Positions 36,113-51,384 of a DNA stretch of 64,000 nt are shown one piece after another. Position 1 is the stretch's first letter; the number at the start of each line of letters is the position of its first letter. Source of the stretch: the human T2T-CHM13v2.0 reference genome, Homo sapiens. Location of the stretch: assembly GCF_009914755.1 (NCBI RefSeq), contig NC_060930.1. One strand, written 5' to 3'. The position numbers and the translations under genes are program-made. The notes below the pieces were generated by a model. It saw nothing but the letters and a program-made list of their open reading frames with translations, did no database searches and was not told where the DNA came from.

Positions 36113-38350
36113 CTTAGTGACTCTGATTTGGGAGAAACAAACAAAAACCCTTGGATTCTGCACTTAAAGAGGAAGGAAGACAATTTACAGAGTAAGAAAA
36201 TTTAGGGTGAGACTATCCTGAAGCCTGAAGAATAAAACCAAAGCAATTCAAACCAAGATAAACCAATAGATTTCTCAGGAGGCCAAGAGATCATGGAAAG
36301 AGAATGTTCTTACCTTAGAGACAAACACAAATAGCTATACTAAGAAATCTTACAGAAACGTGCAGACTGAGTTATCTTTCACATGGAAAAAGCCAACGTT
36401 CATCTCTACTCCATGTATCTCTTAGCTACCTACTCTTGTAGGTTTCTAACCTGTTCAAATATTATTTATATCTTTATCCAGTACTGCATCTGAGGATGGT
36501 GACATTCTGACCTACTAATAATATCAGACTTAGAATTGTGGGGCACAAGACACATTACTGAACTTCACTACAAAAATTGAGTTTGGATCTCTAGGGAATG
36601 GAAAAGAAGCTGATGGTGCCAAGTTGATCACAAACGCAAAATGTAGACAAATTGCAGACTTGGCCAAAGCTAAAAGCCAAGACTGAAGATGCAATGAAAT
36701 GGTCAACCCATTCCAATGAACTTCTAAGAGAAGTTTAATAGTATATCCAAAACAAAAGGACTATCCTCATCAATATCATTAGTTACTGAGGTAAATAGCA
36801 ATCAGGTTTTTTTCTTTTTTAATCTCTTTGCTGACTTTTTGCTGTTGATACCTTTACTGCCATGAGAGTGCTATACCCTTCCTGCAATTAACTGGCTGTC
36901 TGGAGACCTACTACTTTAATGGGCATTATCCAACAAAAGGAGTACAAAGAAAACGTGGAAATTTTCGCCAATTTCTCTTAGAAGCATGACATAGTAAATG
37001 GATCATTTCACTAAAAGGATAATTGGAAGTATGACATGGAAACCATATAATGCTACAAAATACTTCAAAGCAAAGGCAAAGATACCTGGTTTTCTAACTA
37101 TTTCTAGAATTATAAATTGGATATAAAGAAACAAAAAGACAAACATGATAAATTTTCAGATCTTAATACCCAGGAAGAAAAAAAATAATTATTTCTAAAA
37201 GAAGCCAGTCCTAAAAATTGACAGTAAGCCAAAAATCTAGGACCCTGGAAACAAGACATTTCCAGAACATATGCATGGGGTGGGGGTGGTAGATACATCA
37301 TAAATATTGCTTTCTGTTTCAAGATTTTAAAATTTGAAATAATTTTCGCTTCCATATGTTTTCTCCTAATTACTATTCAGAGGCATACAGACATTAAATA
37401 GTTGTACGGGCAATTTTTATTTGTGCTTCCACCTTATTATCAGATATTAATCCGTTCATTTTTGCATTGCTTTTATAAGTACTGTTTTAATGGTAATACA
37501 AAATTCCATTATACTGATATATTAAATTAATATAACTGTTCAACAAATGAGGTATCTTTTGAGTTGTAAATGGTTGTTCAACTCTTACAAATAAAAATTG
37601 GGGTTTGTTTTAAGAGGTTTTTCTATGTAGATGTGGGGTTACAGCAAGGTGGGAGACGAGGTTTTCTTGAAGGCCAGAACAAACTTCAGTGAACAGTATT
37701 CCAGTAAGTCTTACAGAGAGCGCTGAACTCCCAAAAGTTTGTGTTCCATCTGTGTTTCTGTAACTTAACTTTCTCAAAGATACTGTTATGGCTCAAATCA
37801 TTTGTAAGTTACAGGTGGTCTATTACTAATATTAAAGTATAATTTAGAATTTCTTTTAAAAGGACAGATTTAAGATTATCCTGTAATGATGTCTCAAAAC
37901 TATGTTCCAGTGTACAGTTTCACTGGGAAAGCAATATATGGGTAAACTCAGAAAAGCTGTGCATATGTCATTTCATATATAACACAATGATGACAAAGAT
38001 TTTTAGGAAATGGCTAGCACCATCCTTAATTTTTGCTCTAATGCTGAACAGATTGATGTCTTATGGGAGGCCTAGTTTCCTAGTAAAGGCAGAGGTTTCT
38101 TTCCTGTGCACTGCTCTGGAAATTTGCTCTAAAATACCCTGGTTGCCACGAAGAGCTAGTAATATGGGGGAAAAAAAATGGAAGAGAGGATAAAGAAACA
38201 CTATTAAAAGAAAGGTGTTTTTTCTAACACTGCCAACCTCTGTCTCTGTCTCTCTCCCTCTCTCTCTCCCGTCCCCGCCCTCCCCCCAGCTCTTTTTCTC
38301 TAATAGCTGTAGGGAAAAGAAGCATGGGCACAAGAAAATTTAAGATGTGC

Positions 38351-38522
38351 CAGTGGTTCTCAAATCTGGAAAACCACTACAATTATCTGAGTAGTTTTAA
38401 AAACAAAAAACAAAAACCAATGCTTAGATCCTGCCTGAAAACAGGTTTTAAATTAATTCGTATGGGGTCAAATTTTTAGAAGCTTCACCATGACTCTCAT
38501 GTGCAAAGTTTGAAAACTACTG
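38351..38522. mobile_element. MER5-like hAT-Charlie MITE
   Basis: terminal repeats cagtggttctcaaa ... tttgaaaactactg. Confidence 0.7.
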
Positions 38523-38631
38523 AGATACATGACTCAATAAGTTAGCAGCAGCATTAATAGGACCAGGTTAATGAACTTTAACAATTAAGGTGCTTTCTTT
38601 CCTCAGGATCCGCAATTAAATTAATGCTTCT

Positions 38632-38929
<298 letters not shown>

Positions 38930-39761
38930 TTAATGCTTCTAAGTATAAAACTGTAACTATAACTCATAGAAAACAAAGCAGCACAGAATTCAACAATATC
39001 TTTTAAATGCAGTATCCATTAGGAAGGACTACTGTTTTAAAAAGCCTCAGCACTAAAATTGGCTACTTGCAATACCAAATGGTAGTTTTCAGTTTGACTT
39101 GGTTTCTTCAACCTTTTTCCTTTGACTTCTTATCTTTCATTGCTTCTAAATAGGTTTTCTACCATTTTTTTTTTAATTTTTGCTCCAGCACAATGAGTTA
39201 AGTCCAGTAATGACAGAGTAGAGTCCAGCAAAGAGACAAATAAGGCCCTAGGTTTGAAGATCATAATAAAACAAGGGTTTTAAAAATTGTGCAAACCTTG
39301 AAAATAAGACAAAATGAGGACTCCATGTTCTTTCACTGCCACATTGGAGCATGAACTGATAGATCCATTCATGCATTCTTCAACTATATCAGGGAACATA
39401 CTAGTGTTTGACTTGCTATTTATTATTTATTAGGGCCAAGATTCTATAAAGTTCCATGTTCATGTTAAGTGATAGATTTTTACCCAGTTTAAAAGCAAAT
39501 TATTTTTGTACAGTAGAAAAGATAACCCCAAAGATTATGGTATTATTACCCTGTAGGACTCTACATTAGGAAACTTATCTCAATATAACTTTCCTGAGGG
39601 ACTTACTAACCAATTTTCTAATTAACTTTTTAACCAGATTTAGTACCATACTGGTTTCCTCATAAGTTAAATAAGCTTTTGACATATGCTTACTCTATAT
39701 GTTTATAAATGTCAGGGAAGTTAGTGGTATTTTTCTTTAAGATCTTGTCCATTCCAACAAC

Positions 39762-40120
39762 TGTATTAGTCCATTTTCATACTACCATGAAGAAATACCT
39801 AGGACTGGGTAGTTTATAAAGAAAAAGAGGTTTAATGGACTCACAGTTCCACATGGCCAAGGGAGGCCTCACAATCATGGTGGAAGCCAGAGGAGGAACA
39901 AAGGCACATCTTAATGGCAGCAGGCAAGAGTGTGTGTGCAGTGGAATTGCCTTTTATAAAACCATCAGATCTCATGACACTTACTATTATGAGAACAGAA
40001 TGGCAAAAACCCATTCCATGATTCAGTGACCTCCCAGTGGGTCCCTCTCACAACATATGGGGATTATGGGAGCTACAACTCAAGATGGGATTTGGGTGGG
40101 GACACAGGCAAACCATATCA
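39762..40120 (-). mobile_element. Solo THE1 LTR (THE1B/C-like)
   Basis: tgtattagtcc...atggactcacagttccacatgg...gggacacaggcaaaccatatca; perfect 5-bp TSD acaac. Confidence 0.95.
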
Positions 40121-41035
40121 ACAACTTTCTCAGTTCACTGTAAATATTAGAATTATGTTAGCCATAGCTTCATAGGGAGAGTTAGGGAGAGTCAAAATAC
40201 AACAATGGAAAGTTAAAAACGTAATGAAAAAGAAAGATCTGTGTATGTAGCTGCACTAACATGTGTTTTTACAACTCAGTTGTACAGAAATGTTAGTCTG
40301 TATTGAACTCAACTTGCTCACAAGCCTCTTTTTCCTCTAAGTAGCAGAAAATACTTAATCTTGCCAATTCAAGGTAACTAAGTAATGTTCAGTTGAAAGT
40401 AATCTTTTGGGAAATTATTCAGTATGTTAAGGAGTTAAACTCAGTCAACTCAAAATGTAATCATCTTAACAAGGGCTTTCTTCAAGTCTCAAGCATCTTC
40501 TCCTTCCTCTCTACTTGGATTGATATGGAATAAAGGGAAAAACTGATTTCATGCCATGGATGCAAGGAAGTCATTTCTAGTCCAAAGTCTGTCCTCTGAG
40601 ATCTCAATGGATTCTGTTCAGTGTACTGCTGAAATAAATGGTCCCAATAAAGTGTTTGACAGCAACTTGAGGGCCTTACTACCAAAGATTTGATGTCCAC
40701 TTCTTGTCCTGAAACCAGGACTCTTGTGGTCTCCCAGTCTGATCAGTGTTTGCATTTATGCTACAAGAAATTCTGAGTATTCTCCCTCTAAGCTTAGGTT
40801 GCAGGAAAACAGCTGTATTTGTTCAGACCTTTGGTCTGCCTCCATACTCCAAGTCAACATTGGAAGCTGATTCCTCCAAGAATTGCAGGTATAAGTATAT
40901 GGACCTTCTGCCCTTTTACTTCTTTGGTGTTTCGCTCTCCAACCCTGAGGTTTTGTCCACAAGGATAGATCTCAGAATTCTTGCTCTCCTTTCTCTTTCT
41001 CCAGCTTCTTTCCTGGCTTAAAATGGGCTTCTCTC

Positions 41036-41328
41036 AGCCGGATGTAGTGACTCACACCTGTAATCCCAGCACTTTAGGAGGCTGAGACAGGCAGATCACT
41101 TGAGGTCAGCAGTTCAACATCAGCCTGCACAACATGGTGAATTCCTGTCTCTACTAAAAATACAAAAATTAGCCAAACATAATGGACACATGGCTGTAAT
41201 CCCAGCTACTTGGGAGACTGAGGCAGGAGAATCACCTGAATCTCGGAGGCAGAGGTTGCAGTGAGCCAAGATGGTGCCAATGCACCCCTGCCTGGCAACA
41301 GAGTTAAGACTGTCTCAAAAAAAAAAAA
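41036..41328 (+). mobile_element. AluS
   Basis: dimeric Alu with A-tail; TSD core gggcttctct. Confidence 0.95.
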
Positions 41329-43079
41329 GAGGGGGGCTTCTCTTTCCTCTCTTCTTGGAAGACAACTGCTCTTTCTCCCAACTTCCCTTTTCTTGGCTTA
41401 ACTTTTATAAAATCTTAGCTCTGATCTAGCTTCAACTTCTTGGAATCCAAACATCTATTCTTTTCTCTACAAAGCCTGGATCTTATAAGATAAATACATT
41501 GATGCCTTGGCTTTCAAACTATTGTATTTCGAATATATTTCAAGCACTTAGTTTGAAAGGTGAAAAAAAGATCAATGTCATCTTTGTTCTCAGCTGGATT
41601 CAGTCCTTCGCAGTGTCAATGGATGCCTTGGCCTCAATGGATTGTGATCTTTGGTAAGAAAAGAATGACCTATAATTTTTTAAAAGTTAGATATTTCAAG
41701 ATATGTCTTATTTTACCTGCCACCTTCTAATTTAAATAAGATTCACCTCTCATTCTGACCTTTTATAGAAAAAATAGCAAATAGTATATAAGAAAATTAC
41801 ATACGAGTAGAAATTATGAAGACTAACTTGTACATCCCCTCTCTCCTCCTTTGCATTGCTGCTTCATCTCTGATTTTTGTCTTTTAATTTATCCTTTCCC
41901 ATTCAGTTACTTATTCTGTGCACCCCCACCTTTTTTTTTTCATCTCTTGCTCCCAACATTAGAGTTGGTCCTCAGGAACCTCAGGGGATTAGGCCAAGTG
42001 AAAATCATCACTATAGCACAAGTCGAAGTTAAGAAATTTATAGCATTGTAAAAAGTTGTGGTTTTATGACCATGGACCAATAAAGAAAAATTTTATAAAC
42101 ATTACTACTTTATTAAGATTAAAAACAAAAGCTCACAAAAATGTTAAGATACCAACTATATTAAATTAAAAATGAGTACAGTCTTATTAACGTTCATTTT
42201 CCTTTGTTGCTAATGAAAAGGTTTTCAGAATTTCCTCTTTCCTTAGTCTGAAAAGAAACTTGTGTAACAAAGTGGAGAAATTTTGTTTTCATCAGATTTC
42301 CATTTAGCAAAGAAATTTTATGTGGCTAGGAAAGTGCTCACATAGAAGATGGTATCTCAAAATGCCAAGGTGCCCAAAATATAGGTAACTGTGATACATA
42401 TGGTGATTTAAAAAAAGGACAAACAGAAAGCTCCCATTAACTTCCATCACGTTTCATGCCTCATCTGCTTACCATCTAAAATTGATATTGTCTTCTAAGG
42501 CACAAGACCATTTTGCTCTTCTGCCTTTATTATCCCCAAGATTTTCCTATACATGCTTCTGCTTTTTGTCTTCTCATAAACGCTCTATAATCACTATAAC
42601 CTTTCTAGACCCAATTCACAACTCCCATTCATCTATACCTCAAATTTATGCATATTGGGGCCAAAAATCTCTGGGTTGCTGCAATAAAAACAAAAAATTT
42701 TACACTTCCCAGAATTTCTTATATTGCATACAAAGATCAAGTTATGAGTTACTGTATTACTGGACTGAAAAGGAGCTAATGAAGTATGAAGACCTAAAAG
42801 AAAATTTTCACTTCATTAAAAAAATCTACAGTACAAAGGAAGAAAAACAATTTTAGAGGTAGGTTATAGATTTGATATTTGGGTCACGTCACTATTCTGT
42901 CTTGTGACCTCTCAAATCATAGCAGCTGGCCGAATTTTTTTAGAAATTTAGAAGTTGGCTGTGATTAGGGGTCAGTAGAAGGGAAACAGATCAAAAAATA
43001 ATGTAAGATGCTTTAAGATAGTCTTATCCTTGCCATTTGCTTAATAGATTCTTCACATATTTCATATCTTTTCTAATAA

Positions 43080-43375
43080 CGGGGTAGAATTAATGAGTTC
43101 TCCCAAAATTCAGTACTTCTGGCAATTTGTGCTTTGCGAGTCCTTCCCATACTGAATTGGGACTGGGTTTATATGATCAGTGAAATATGGGAGAATGATC
43201 CTCCATGACTTTTGGAGTTAATTCATAAAAATCCCTGCAGTTTCTGCCTTGGATTCTAGGAACAGGGTGTCTGGAAACTCGGAGCCACCTAGAAGTTATA
43301 CTACCCTCAGACTGCCATGTTACAAAGGCTGCTAAAACTTGGAGCAGTTTGCTACATAGCAATAAATAACTAGGT
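43080..43375 (+). mobile_element. MLT1F/G/H-like LTR fragment
   Basis: ccttcccatactgaattgggactgg...cctgcagtttctgccttgg...gtttgctacatagcaataaataac. Confidence 0.65.
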
Positions 43376-44035
43376 CAACCGGTACATATAATTTTAAGAA
43401 ACTTTCCAAATATACTGCATATCTGAATACAATTCATTATAATAATTATGTTGGTTTCTCCAATTAGCTTCAGCTTAAAGCTTTTTCAACTATTCAGTTA
43501 TCCGTTGCTTAATCTATCTATTCTCTGCCTTTCTTTTAATAAGTTACTTATACCATTTTTACAATGGTAGATTAGCTTTATTACTAGAAGCACGTGGGTC
43601 TATCAATGAAAGTGGTATTTATATTGGCTTGTAAATTAGGGAAAGGGAGTACCCAAAGCCACCTTGATACTTAGAAAGCAACATAACATCATTTGTTATG
43701 GGTTTGAAAGACCACAGCAGCTTTCAGAGATGTAAGCAGTTAAATATGGCTGGAAGGAGGGGAAGGTGATCAGAGGCTGACACGAGGTATCTAGCCTCTC
43801 CTGCTTTGGAAGTGGTCTGAACTTTAGCCTACAAGCACGAAGGATCCACTGAAAGGATTTAAAGTTATATAATCTTATTTCATATTGGAAAGATAGCTTT
43901 GAGAGATTTTAGGCCAAAATACTGGATTAATCACATGCTACATGATTACTAGCCCCAATTCCAAAACACTACAAATTCCTGCAAAGGCAAGAAAACTAAT
44001 AAACATTGCCATTGATTTCATGGAAAATAAGAAGA

Positions 44036-44322
44036 GGCTGGGCGCAGTGGCTCATGCCTGTAATCCCAGCACTTTGGGAGGCCAAGAGGATAGCCTGAGC
44101 CCAGGAGTTCAAAACTTGCCTGGACCATATAGTGAGCTCTCCACGGAAACAAAAACAATTAGCCAGGTGTGGTGGCACATGCCTGTATTCCCAGCTACTA
44201 GGTAGACTGAAGTTGTGGGGATCACTTGAGCCTGGGAGATCAAGGTTGTAGTGAACCATGACTGCTACTGCATTCCAGCCTGAGTAACAGAACAAGACCC
44301 TGTCTCAAAAAACTAAAAACAA
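44036..44322 (+). mobile_element. AluJ
   Basis: tgagcccaggagttc, gatcacttgagcctgggagatcaagg, gaccctgtctc (J diagnostics). Confidence 0.92.
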
Positions 44323-45188
44323 AAAGACAAGAAGAGTTCCAATAAGGACAACTCAGATTATCCCAGTTCTCTACCACTATAAGATATAATAAACATCTCC
44401 ATATATGTCCCTTTATTGACCTAGATCACATCTTGTATTTCATTCAAGCAAGAAAATTCTAATTCTAAGCACCATTTTTTTTCAGCTCTAGGAAATGCAA
44501 CCGTCAATTTTCACTCCTTTAATCCTCCCCATTCTCTAAACTCCATGGCTCTTGTATAAGATCCAGGAAAGAGAAAGGAAATTATAGAAAAAAATGAGAA
44601 CAGATTAATGTTTTAATAGATTCTCCTACCTCCCTCTAAGTACCAAAAACAAATGTCTGCTGGAAGCGTTGAAGGGTGTAAAAATTATTTCAGAAAATAT
44701 TTTATGCCAGGAATATAAGGCAATAGAGAAAGTAATTAAATAATTATGACAAATAATTTCATCTACATATTCTGTGACATTTTTGTGACAAAATATACCT
44801 TGAAAGTTTCAACATAGAATATCCATATTATGATAAATTTAACTGGGTCATCAATTAGTTATAAAAAAAGATTATTAACAATAAATGTTCCATAGAATAA
44901 AATTTACCTGTAAAAGATTATTTAGGTTAGTTTTTGCTAGGATAAACTTGTGAGCCATTATATTTCTCAGTTACTTCTATAGGGCATCATCTCCAAATCT
45001 GGTCAGTAAAATACTGGGAGCAAACTCTCATTTTTAGTGTGTTTATAAATTACACACATTAACAAAACTTTATGTCCTTATTTTTTATAAAAACAAATAC
45101 CTATAGAAGTTATGTTTTCTTCTCGTATGCCAATAGACCGTTTTACTTTCAGGGTCCATATACCCGCTTAGTGACTACTGATTTAGGG

Positions 45189-45385
45189 CAGGAGAAAACA
45201 GACTATGGCCCATGAGTCCTATCTGGCCCAAAATCTGATATTATAAATAAAATTTTATTGCAACTCAGCCACACTCATTCTTTTTTGTTTGCCTCTTGCA
45301 CCACAATGGTAGAGGTGAATAGTTGCAATCAGATTGTATGTACTGCAAACTCTAAAACATTTACTTTCTGGTTTACAATGCTTGA
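45189..45385. mobile_element. MER58A-like hAT element
   Basis: actatggcccatg...aaataaaattttattgcaactcagccacactcattc...tgaatagttgcaa...aaaacatttactttctgg. Confidence 0.75.
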
Positions 45386-45427
45386 TCTAGATTTAACTGA
45401 TCTAGATCAATTAAAACTTTGATGTAC

Positions 45428-45600
45428 AGACAGGTATGGTGTTGTGGGCCTGTAGTCCCAGCAACTTGGGAAGCTAAGGTAGGAGAAATGATTGAACCCA
45501 GGAGTTTGAGGCTCTATTGTGCTATGATCATGCCTATGAATAACCAATGCACTCCAGCCTGGGCAATATAGCAAGACCCTAACTCTTAAAATAAATAATA
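45428..45600 (+). mobile_element. FAM/FRAM-type Alu monomer
   Basis: gcctgtagtcccagc...gtgctatgatcatgcctatgaataaccaatgcactccagcctgggcaatatagcaagaccc. Confidence 0.85.
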
Positions 45601-45844
45601 ATGAGGCTATTTTGGGGGGAAAAAAATCAACTCTGAAGCGAAAGTGTAAGATTGACCATAATCTTTTTAAATTGGGTGAAACAAATATTAAATAATTTTG
45701 TTCAATAAACATAAACTAATAATATAGATGCAATTTCAGTCATCACATAGTACTTGATTGACTCCAAAGTGGATAAACCTATATATTGCTATTTTATAGA
45801 TGACTTGTATATTTTATTTGATGTGAATAAGAAAGTAATATCGT

Positions 45845-45972
45845 ATAGTTGAATGAGCACAGAACTCAGCATCAAATACCTGAGTTTATGCTCTGCTTTC
45901 ATTACTAATAGCCCTAAGATCTTAAGGAACTTCTTAGAATTTCGGTTTCCTCCTCTTTAAAATAAGAATAAT
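45845..45972 (+). mobile_element. MIR fragment
   Basis: gagcacagaactc...acctgagttt...tcggtttcctcctctttaaaataagaataat. Confidence 0.55.
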
Positions 45973-46264
<292 letters not shown>

Positions 46265-46669
46265 ATTAATTGAAAATATTCTACTTTTTAAAATTGCTGT
46301 CAACATTGAGAGAAAATAGATACTAAATCTGAAAGTAATTTATAATAATTTATATTCGATTGGAATTAGACCTTTTGAGATATATAAAACAAGAATTATT
46401 CAACTTCATAAGAGTGCCATCTGCCCATTCTCACCAATAGTTGAACAATATGTATGTGTAAAACACTATTAGAAATTGTAAGAAATCATATATAACTTAT
46501 GTCACTTCCATATGTATGTGTGTATATGTATGTTATCCTCATATATAATCATACATATAATCTGCTGTTCTACAGGATGCTAATATTCTAAACTTTAAGA
46601 CTTTCAACTAATCAACTGAAAAATCAAATGGTAAGAGTTGAAAGTAAGAGGGATAATGTGTTGTCATGT

Positions 46670-47131
46670 TATAGTGCGTTGGATTGTATCCCTCAAAAAG
46701 ATACGCCCACATCCTCATCCCTAGAGCCTGTGTATGTGACCTTATTTGGGGGGAAAAAAAAAAAAAAGTCTTTGTAAATGTCGTTAACTTAAGGATCTCA
46801 AAATGGGATCATCCTTGATTTTGGGTGGACCCCGAATCCAATGATAGTTGTCCCTTTAAGAGAAAGGCAGAGAGATTTGAAGCAGAGATAAAAGAGAAAA
46901 GGTCCTATGAAGACAGAGGCAGAGAGTACAGTTATTCTATGACAAGACAAGGAACACTAAGAACCATCAGAAGCTGGAAGGATTCTCCTCTGGATATTTT
47001 GGAGGGAGCATGGCCCTGCCAACACCTTGAGTCTGAACTTTTGACCTCCAGAACTGTGAAAAAATAAACTTCTATTTTTTAAGCCATCATATTTGTGGTA
47101 ATTTGTTACAGCAGACTTAGGAAACTAATAA
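46670..47131 (+). mobile_element. MLT1C-like LTR
   Basis: ttggattgtatccctcaaaaagata...gtgaccttatttgg...ggagcatggccctgccaacaccttga...tttgttacagcagacttaggaaactaata. Confidence 0.9.
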
Positions 47132-49689
47132 ACACTGCATGGTTTCATTCTGTTCTGTTTAAAATACTAAATAAAAGTTTGAAATAGCTACATCAAAATG
47201 TCTAAGAGAAACACTTAAATAGGCAGAATGTTACCTGTGTGACAAGTATTTATCACTGAAATCTCAATTAGGTCCAAACAGGAAAGATTACAGTTGAAGG
47301 AGGATCAGTGGGTACTTAGAAAAAGAACATGTTTAAAGGAAGGCATATTAAAATGAAGACTTTTATAGAATTTTAAAACAAGAAAAAAGTAAAAGCTTTG
47401 ATCAAGCCAAGAAGAAAAAGGGCAGATACACTTTTATGACACTGAAATTTCAGTGCTATTAATAGACAGTGTTAATAATGTAGGGTTTGAATATGTATAA
47501 GCCCATTTTTTTAATTTTAAAGAGATCCTTTTTAACAAATGTACAATTTTAAGCATAAAAGGGAATGTTTTTGGCATAGCTATAATAATGAAAATTTTTT
47601 CCATTCAGTTATGTTCAACATAAGCAAGGCTTTTGCTAGGAAAAATTAATGATTTATTTGAAAGGAAAAGATGGGCATAAGGACTTTAAAGCATATTATA
47701 AAAGGCAAATTTTATTTGAAACCAATCAGACTTTAGCAAGTGAGCAGAAAAGAGTGAAATGGAGTTGGTTTAACAAAGGCTTCTGAGGTCACCAAAAGAA
47801 ATTACTGGACAGTGACTTGGCCACTCCTTTTCTCAGTGAAAAAGACACTGATTACAGAAATATCATAAAGGTGATCTAGCAGAAGAGAAAACATAATATG
47901 GATTTGCCAGGTTAAATCTCCATCCCCTTTAAAAAATACAGTGAGACAGAATCCAATTTAAATATGAGTCATTGAACAATTACAGTTAAAGAAGGATGAA
48001 GAGAAAAAGAGGAAGGAAATGAGAATGAAGGACAGGGAAGAGAGAAATGGAAAAATGATAAGATCTGTAACTGGAGGTCTAAGCATGTGGCCTCATCTTG
48101 TTATTCATAAATGAAGGAGAGAGAAATGTCACATGGCTGGAAATAATTTCTTGAGGGGCAAAGCGAAATATTAAGAGATTTTCCCATTGCAAATAAGGCA
48201 ATTAAAACTATTCAATTTGACAAAGCGTTGGACCCAGTTGAATTACACCATAATTCAGGAGGAAAAAAAAAAAGAGTAGCAAGGGAAATAGAGAAGCCTG
48301 TGGCAAAACTCTTTGATAGCTCAATAAGAAAAGAATAAAGCAAGCAGTCATATTTGAGTCACTAATAAGCAATCTCAGATTTAGCAAAAGAAAATCATTA
48401 AAAGAACTAGTTTTTCCAACTTCAATTATTAAGCACAGGAATAAAGATTCTCTCAAATGTATGCATTTGTGATTTACCTAAGAGAATTGATATGAATTTA
48501 GGAATTTAAGATTTATTTTTATTCAGATTCAAGGCGGCACTTAATTTTACAAGAAAGCCATCTAACAATAATAGAAACCCAATAGTGAATGAAGCACCCC
48601 AAGTCATTCTGGATGTGAAGACTAATGACACCATATTTCACAAGCTGATTAATAATAACCAGTAAATATAAGTAGTATCACTTAAGATATTCATATTTTG
48701 TTACAGAAAAATGTTTTTTATTCACAGAAAAATCTCATAACTATTTAATGCAACTAGTACACTTTTCATGGAGTACAAAAATTTTAATCCTATACCCTCA
48801 ACCTACCCATAGATCACTCCCCCTTTGCTTGCTGTTCCCAATTGGTACTCCAAAGATTCTGTGTCACTCTCTGCAATGCCGTAAAGACATTTCAGCCTCA
48901 TCCTAGCTATACTGCTACAATTACCACTGAATCCAGCCAAGCATTTAAAGCAGAAGGGCCCTTTATATAAGTTCTCCCCAATACCCCTATCTTTTATTCT
49001 TCCTTCTGTGTGGTTTTGTATCATCCAGACTTCAAGGGTCTATCTACTTCCTAACATGGAAATGAGCACATCAAAAGCATGAATGAGTGTAACTGCAGTA
49101 TTCAAGGGACGTTTAAGTATTCCAGAAAGGCAGAACACCTTGACCAAAGCATCTGCAGCCACATGAAGCCAAGCTACCATGATCAGATATTCTGTCCAGT
49201 GTCAAAGGAGCATAAAAGTAGAAACCTGAAAGAATGGCATAAGTTACAGAGATATGGAGCCAGATCTACCAGATAATTTAATGAAGTCAGACAATCCAAG
49301 AGAAAAATGTGTTTAATGTATGCCTCCCTTCAAAGCAGAACTGTCTTAAAAATGGTGCCATCTCCAGTGATGGCATCCAAGGGTGGATGACCCTTCACAG
49401 AGGAAAAAAAAAACACGGATTAAGTAGACACCTGTAAAGCCTCTTCCTGCCCTGAGAGTCAATGCTTCTTTGATTTTCTTATTCAAAGTTAAGGTCAGGC
49501 ACAATCTATGAACAATTATCATTATGTTATTCACTTCAAATACTTTGCCAATAACCTGGAAGAATGGCTGAAGCTTCTCAAAATTTTAAACTTATATTTT
49601 CCTTTTACATTTGAGAAATCTCATAGAAAAGGGCAGAGGACAGAATTTTGCCTCTAGAAGGTCTGAAGTAGGTTTATTGTGCACTGATG

Positions 49690-50198
49690 ATCACTTCAGC
49701 CCACTGCATCTTGGGCTGCACTTTTATGACTTGTCCGAGTCTGGTAAGACAGAACATTCACACATACACACACACACACACACACAGACACACACACACA
49801 CACACACAGACACACACACACACGTTATATAAACTAGGTTTATTACTTATACAGGAGCAGCAAGGGACAGCAGAAGTCTAGGATTCAGGGAAAGCGGGTC
49901 CCCCAAGGCTGAAGAAAGCTTCCTACTTATACTGTGCCTCACTTATACTGCAGCTGAGGGACCATGGAAAGCAGCCCACCCTGAGTTTTATACTCAGGGG
50001 AGATGAAGCACACTGGGCAAAAGCATTGAAGAACATCCTGTTTCAGCGGGCGGCAGAATGAAGCCCAGGCTGTTCCAGCCAGCTCCTGCTTATCTCAGGA
50101 TGTTGCATCCAAGCACATTCTACAGATTCTCTTAAGAACTACAGGAGGAATTGGGGAGAACTGAGTCAGTCCAGGGATACCCACAGAACTGTCCTGCA
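49690..50198 (-). mobile_element. ERVL LTR (MER54-like) containing a (CA)n expansion
   Basis: gagtctggtaagacagaac...ggtttattactta...cttatctcaggatgttgcat...agaactgtcctgca terminus; left end approximate. Confidence 0.7.
49759..49822. repeat. (CA)n microsatellite, interrupted
   Basis: read directly. Confidence 0.95.
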
Positions 50199-50384
50199 GG
50201 AAGAACTGCACATGTGATACCCTAGCATTTATTTTCCAGAGCTGTTAAATGGGGATATTTTATAATATTCCTTGAGTCGTCACTATATGGTTCAATTTAT
50301 AAATATGTAATTCACTAGTAAATTTGCATCAATAATGAAGTATTTCTTTTCAATTTGACTTTAGCAAAAATAGATGCATGTTAA

Positions 50385-50535
50385 TCTTATTAAATTATGC
50401 TACAGCAACCAACAGTCTCAAAATCTCAGAAGCTTAAATACAGCAAAGATTTATTTCTCATGCACATGAGGTCATTGTGCCAGGTGACTCTCCAGGGCAA
50501 CAGTTCTCCATGCAGTAACTCAGATCTAGGATAAT
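50385..50535 (-). mobile_element. Old MLT1 (J/K/L-like) LTR fragment
   Basis: ttatgctacagcaaccaacagtctcaaaatctcagaagcttaaa...gatttatttctca. Confidence 0.6.
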
Positions 50536-50554
50536 CTATATGTTATCATATATA

Positions 50555-50556
<2 letters not shown>

Positions 50557-50594
<38 letters not shown>

Positions 50595-50648
50595 ACACAC
50601 AGACACACACAGACACAGACACACAGACACACAGACACACACACAGAC
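50557..50648. repeat. (CA)n/(CACAGA)n compound microsatellite
   Basis: read directly. Confidence 0.95.
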
Positions 50649-51384
50649 TCAGAGGGAGGGAGAGAAGAGAGACATTCAGGAGTATACATAGAAATATATG
50701 TATAATATTCATTTACCAATAGCTTTTCTTCAATGAAAAGTTGGAATTTTCAGTAGGAAAGATTTAACTATTAGAAAATTTTAAGTAGGTGCAAACAGTC
50801 CTTGCTTGAATGTTGAACTATAATCTTAAAAATTACAGAAGCTATCGAGATAGTTCAAATATCCATTCTTTTCCTTTTCTAGTTTTACTAGTGAAGACGT
50901 ACCTTTTAGACTTGTACCTCTGACAACATTGATTTAATCTCCCTTTTGCTACCAGAATATATTGACATTTTAAATCTAGGAGGAAAAAGAACTACTGAGT
51001 TGATTTACAAAGATGTCACATCAGTAAGAAAAATGAGCATCTCTGATCCTCCTCCTCTCCTAATTCCTTCTACTTCCTCATCACTTTTTTTTTTTCATAT
51101 GAAGATCATCCTAGTGGCTTGAAGTTGCCCAGCCTGGGACTTCCTCTGATAATCCAACTCAGGTTAGATGAAATCAAATTTTACAGGAGACAATGTCTTC
51201 ACAGTAGCCCATCTTGTAAGCCTTTCCTTAAAAAGAACCATTTGTCTTTGAAGTGCTTTCATTCTAAGAAAACTTTCATTTTTATGGCTTTAGAGGAGCA
51301 CTCTCCTTGGCAAAGTCTGGTATACTGATACACAAAATCATAGTATCTGAACCAAGCCCCTCCATTCAGCACTGGTAATAACTG

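Noticed and set aside
40015-40035. DUX4 site typical of THE1 LTRs
   Set aside because: Minus strand reads tcactgaatca rather than the taattgaatca-type motif; the site looks degraded
42482-42856. 124-aa ORF
   Set aside because: Non-ATG start, composition reflects AT-rich DNA, no recognisable homology
49611-50722. His/Thr-repeat ORFs
   Set aside because: Translations of (CA)n microsatellites
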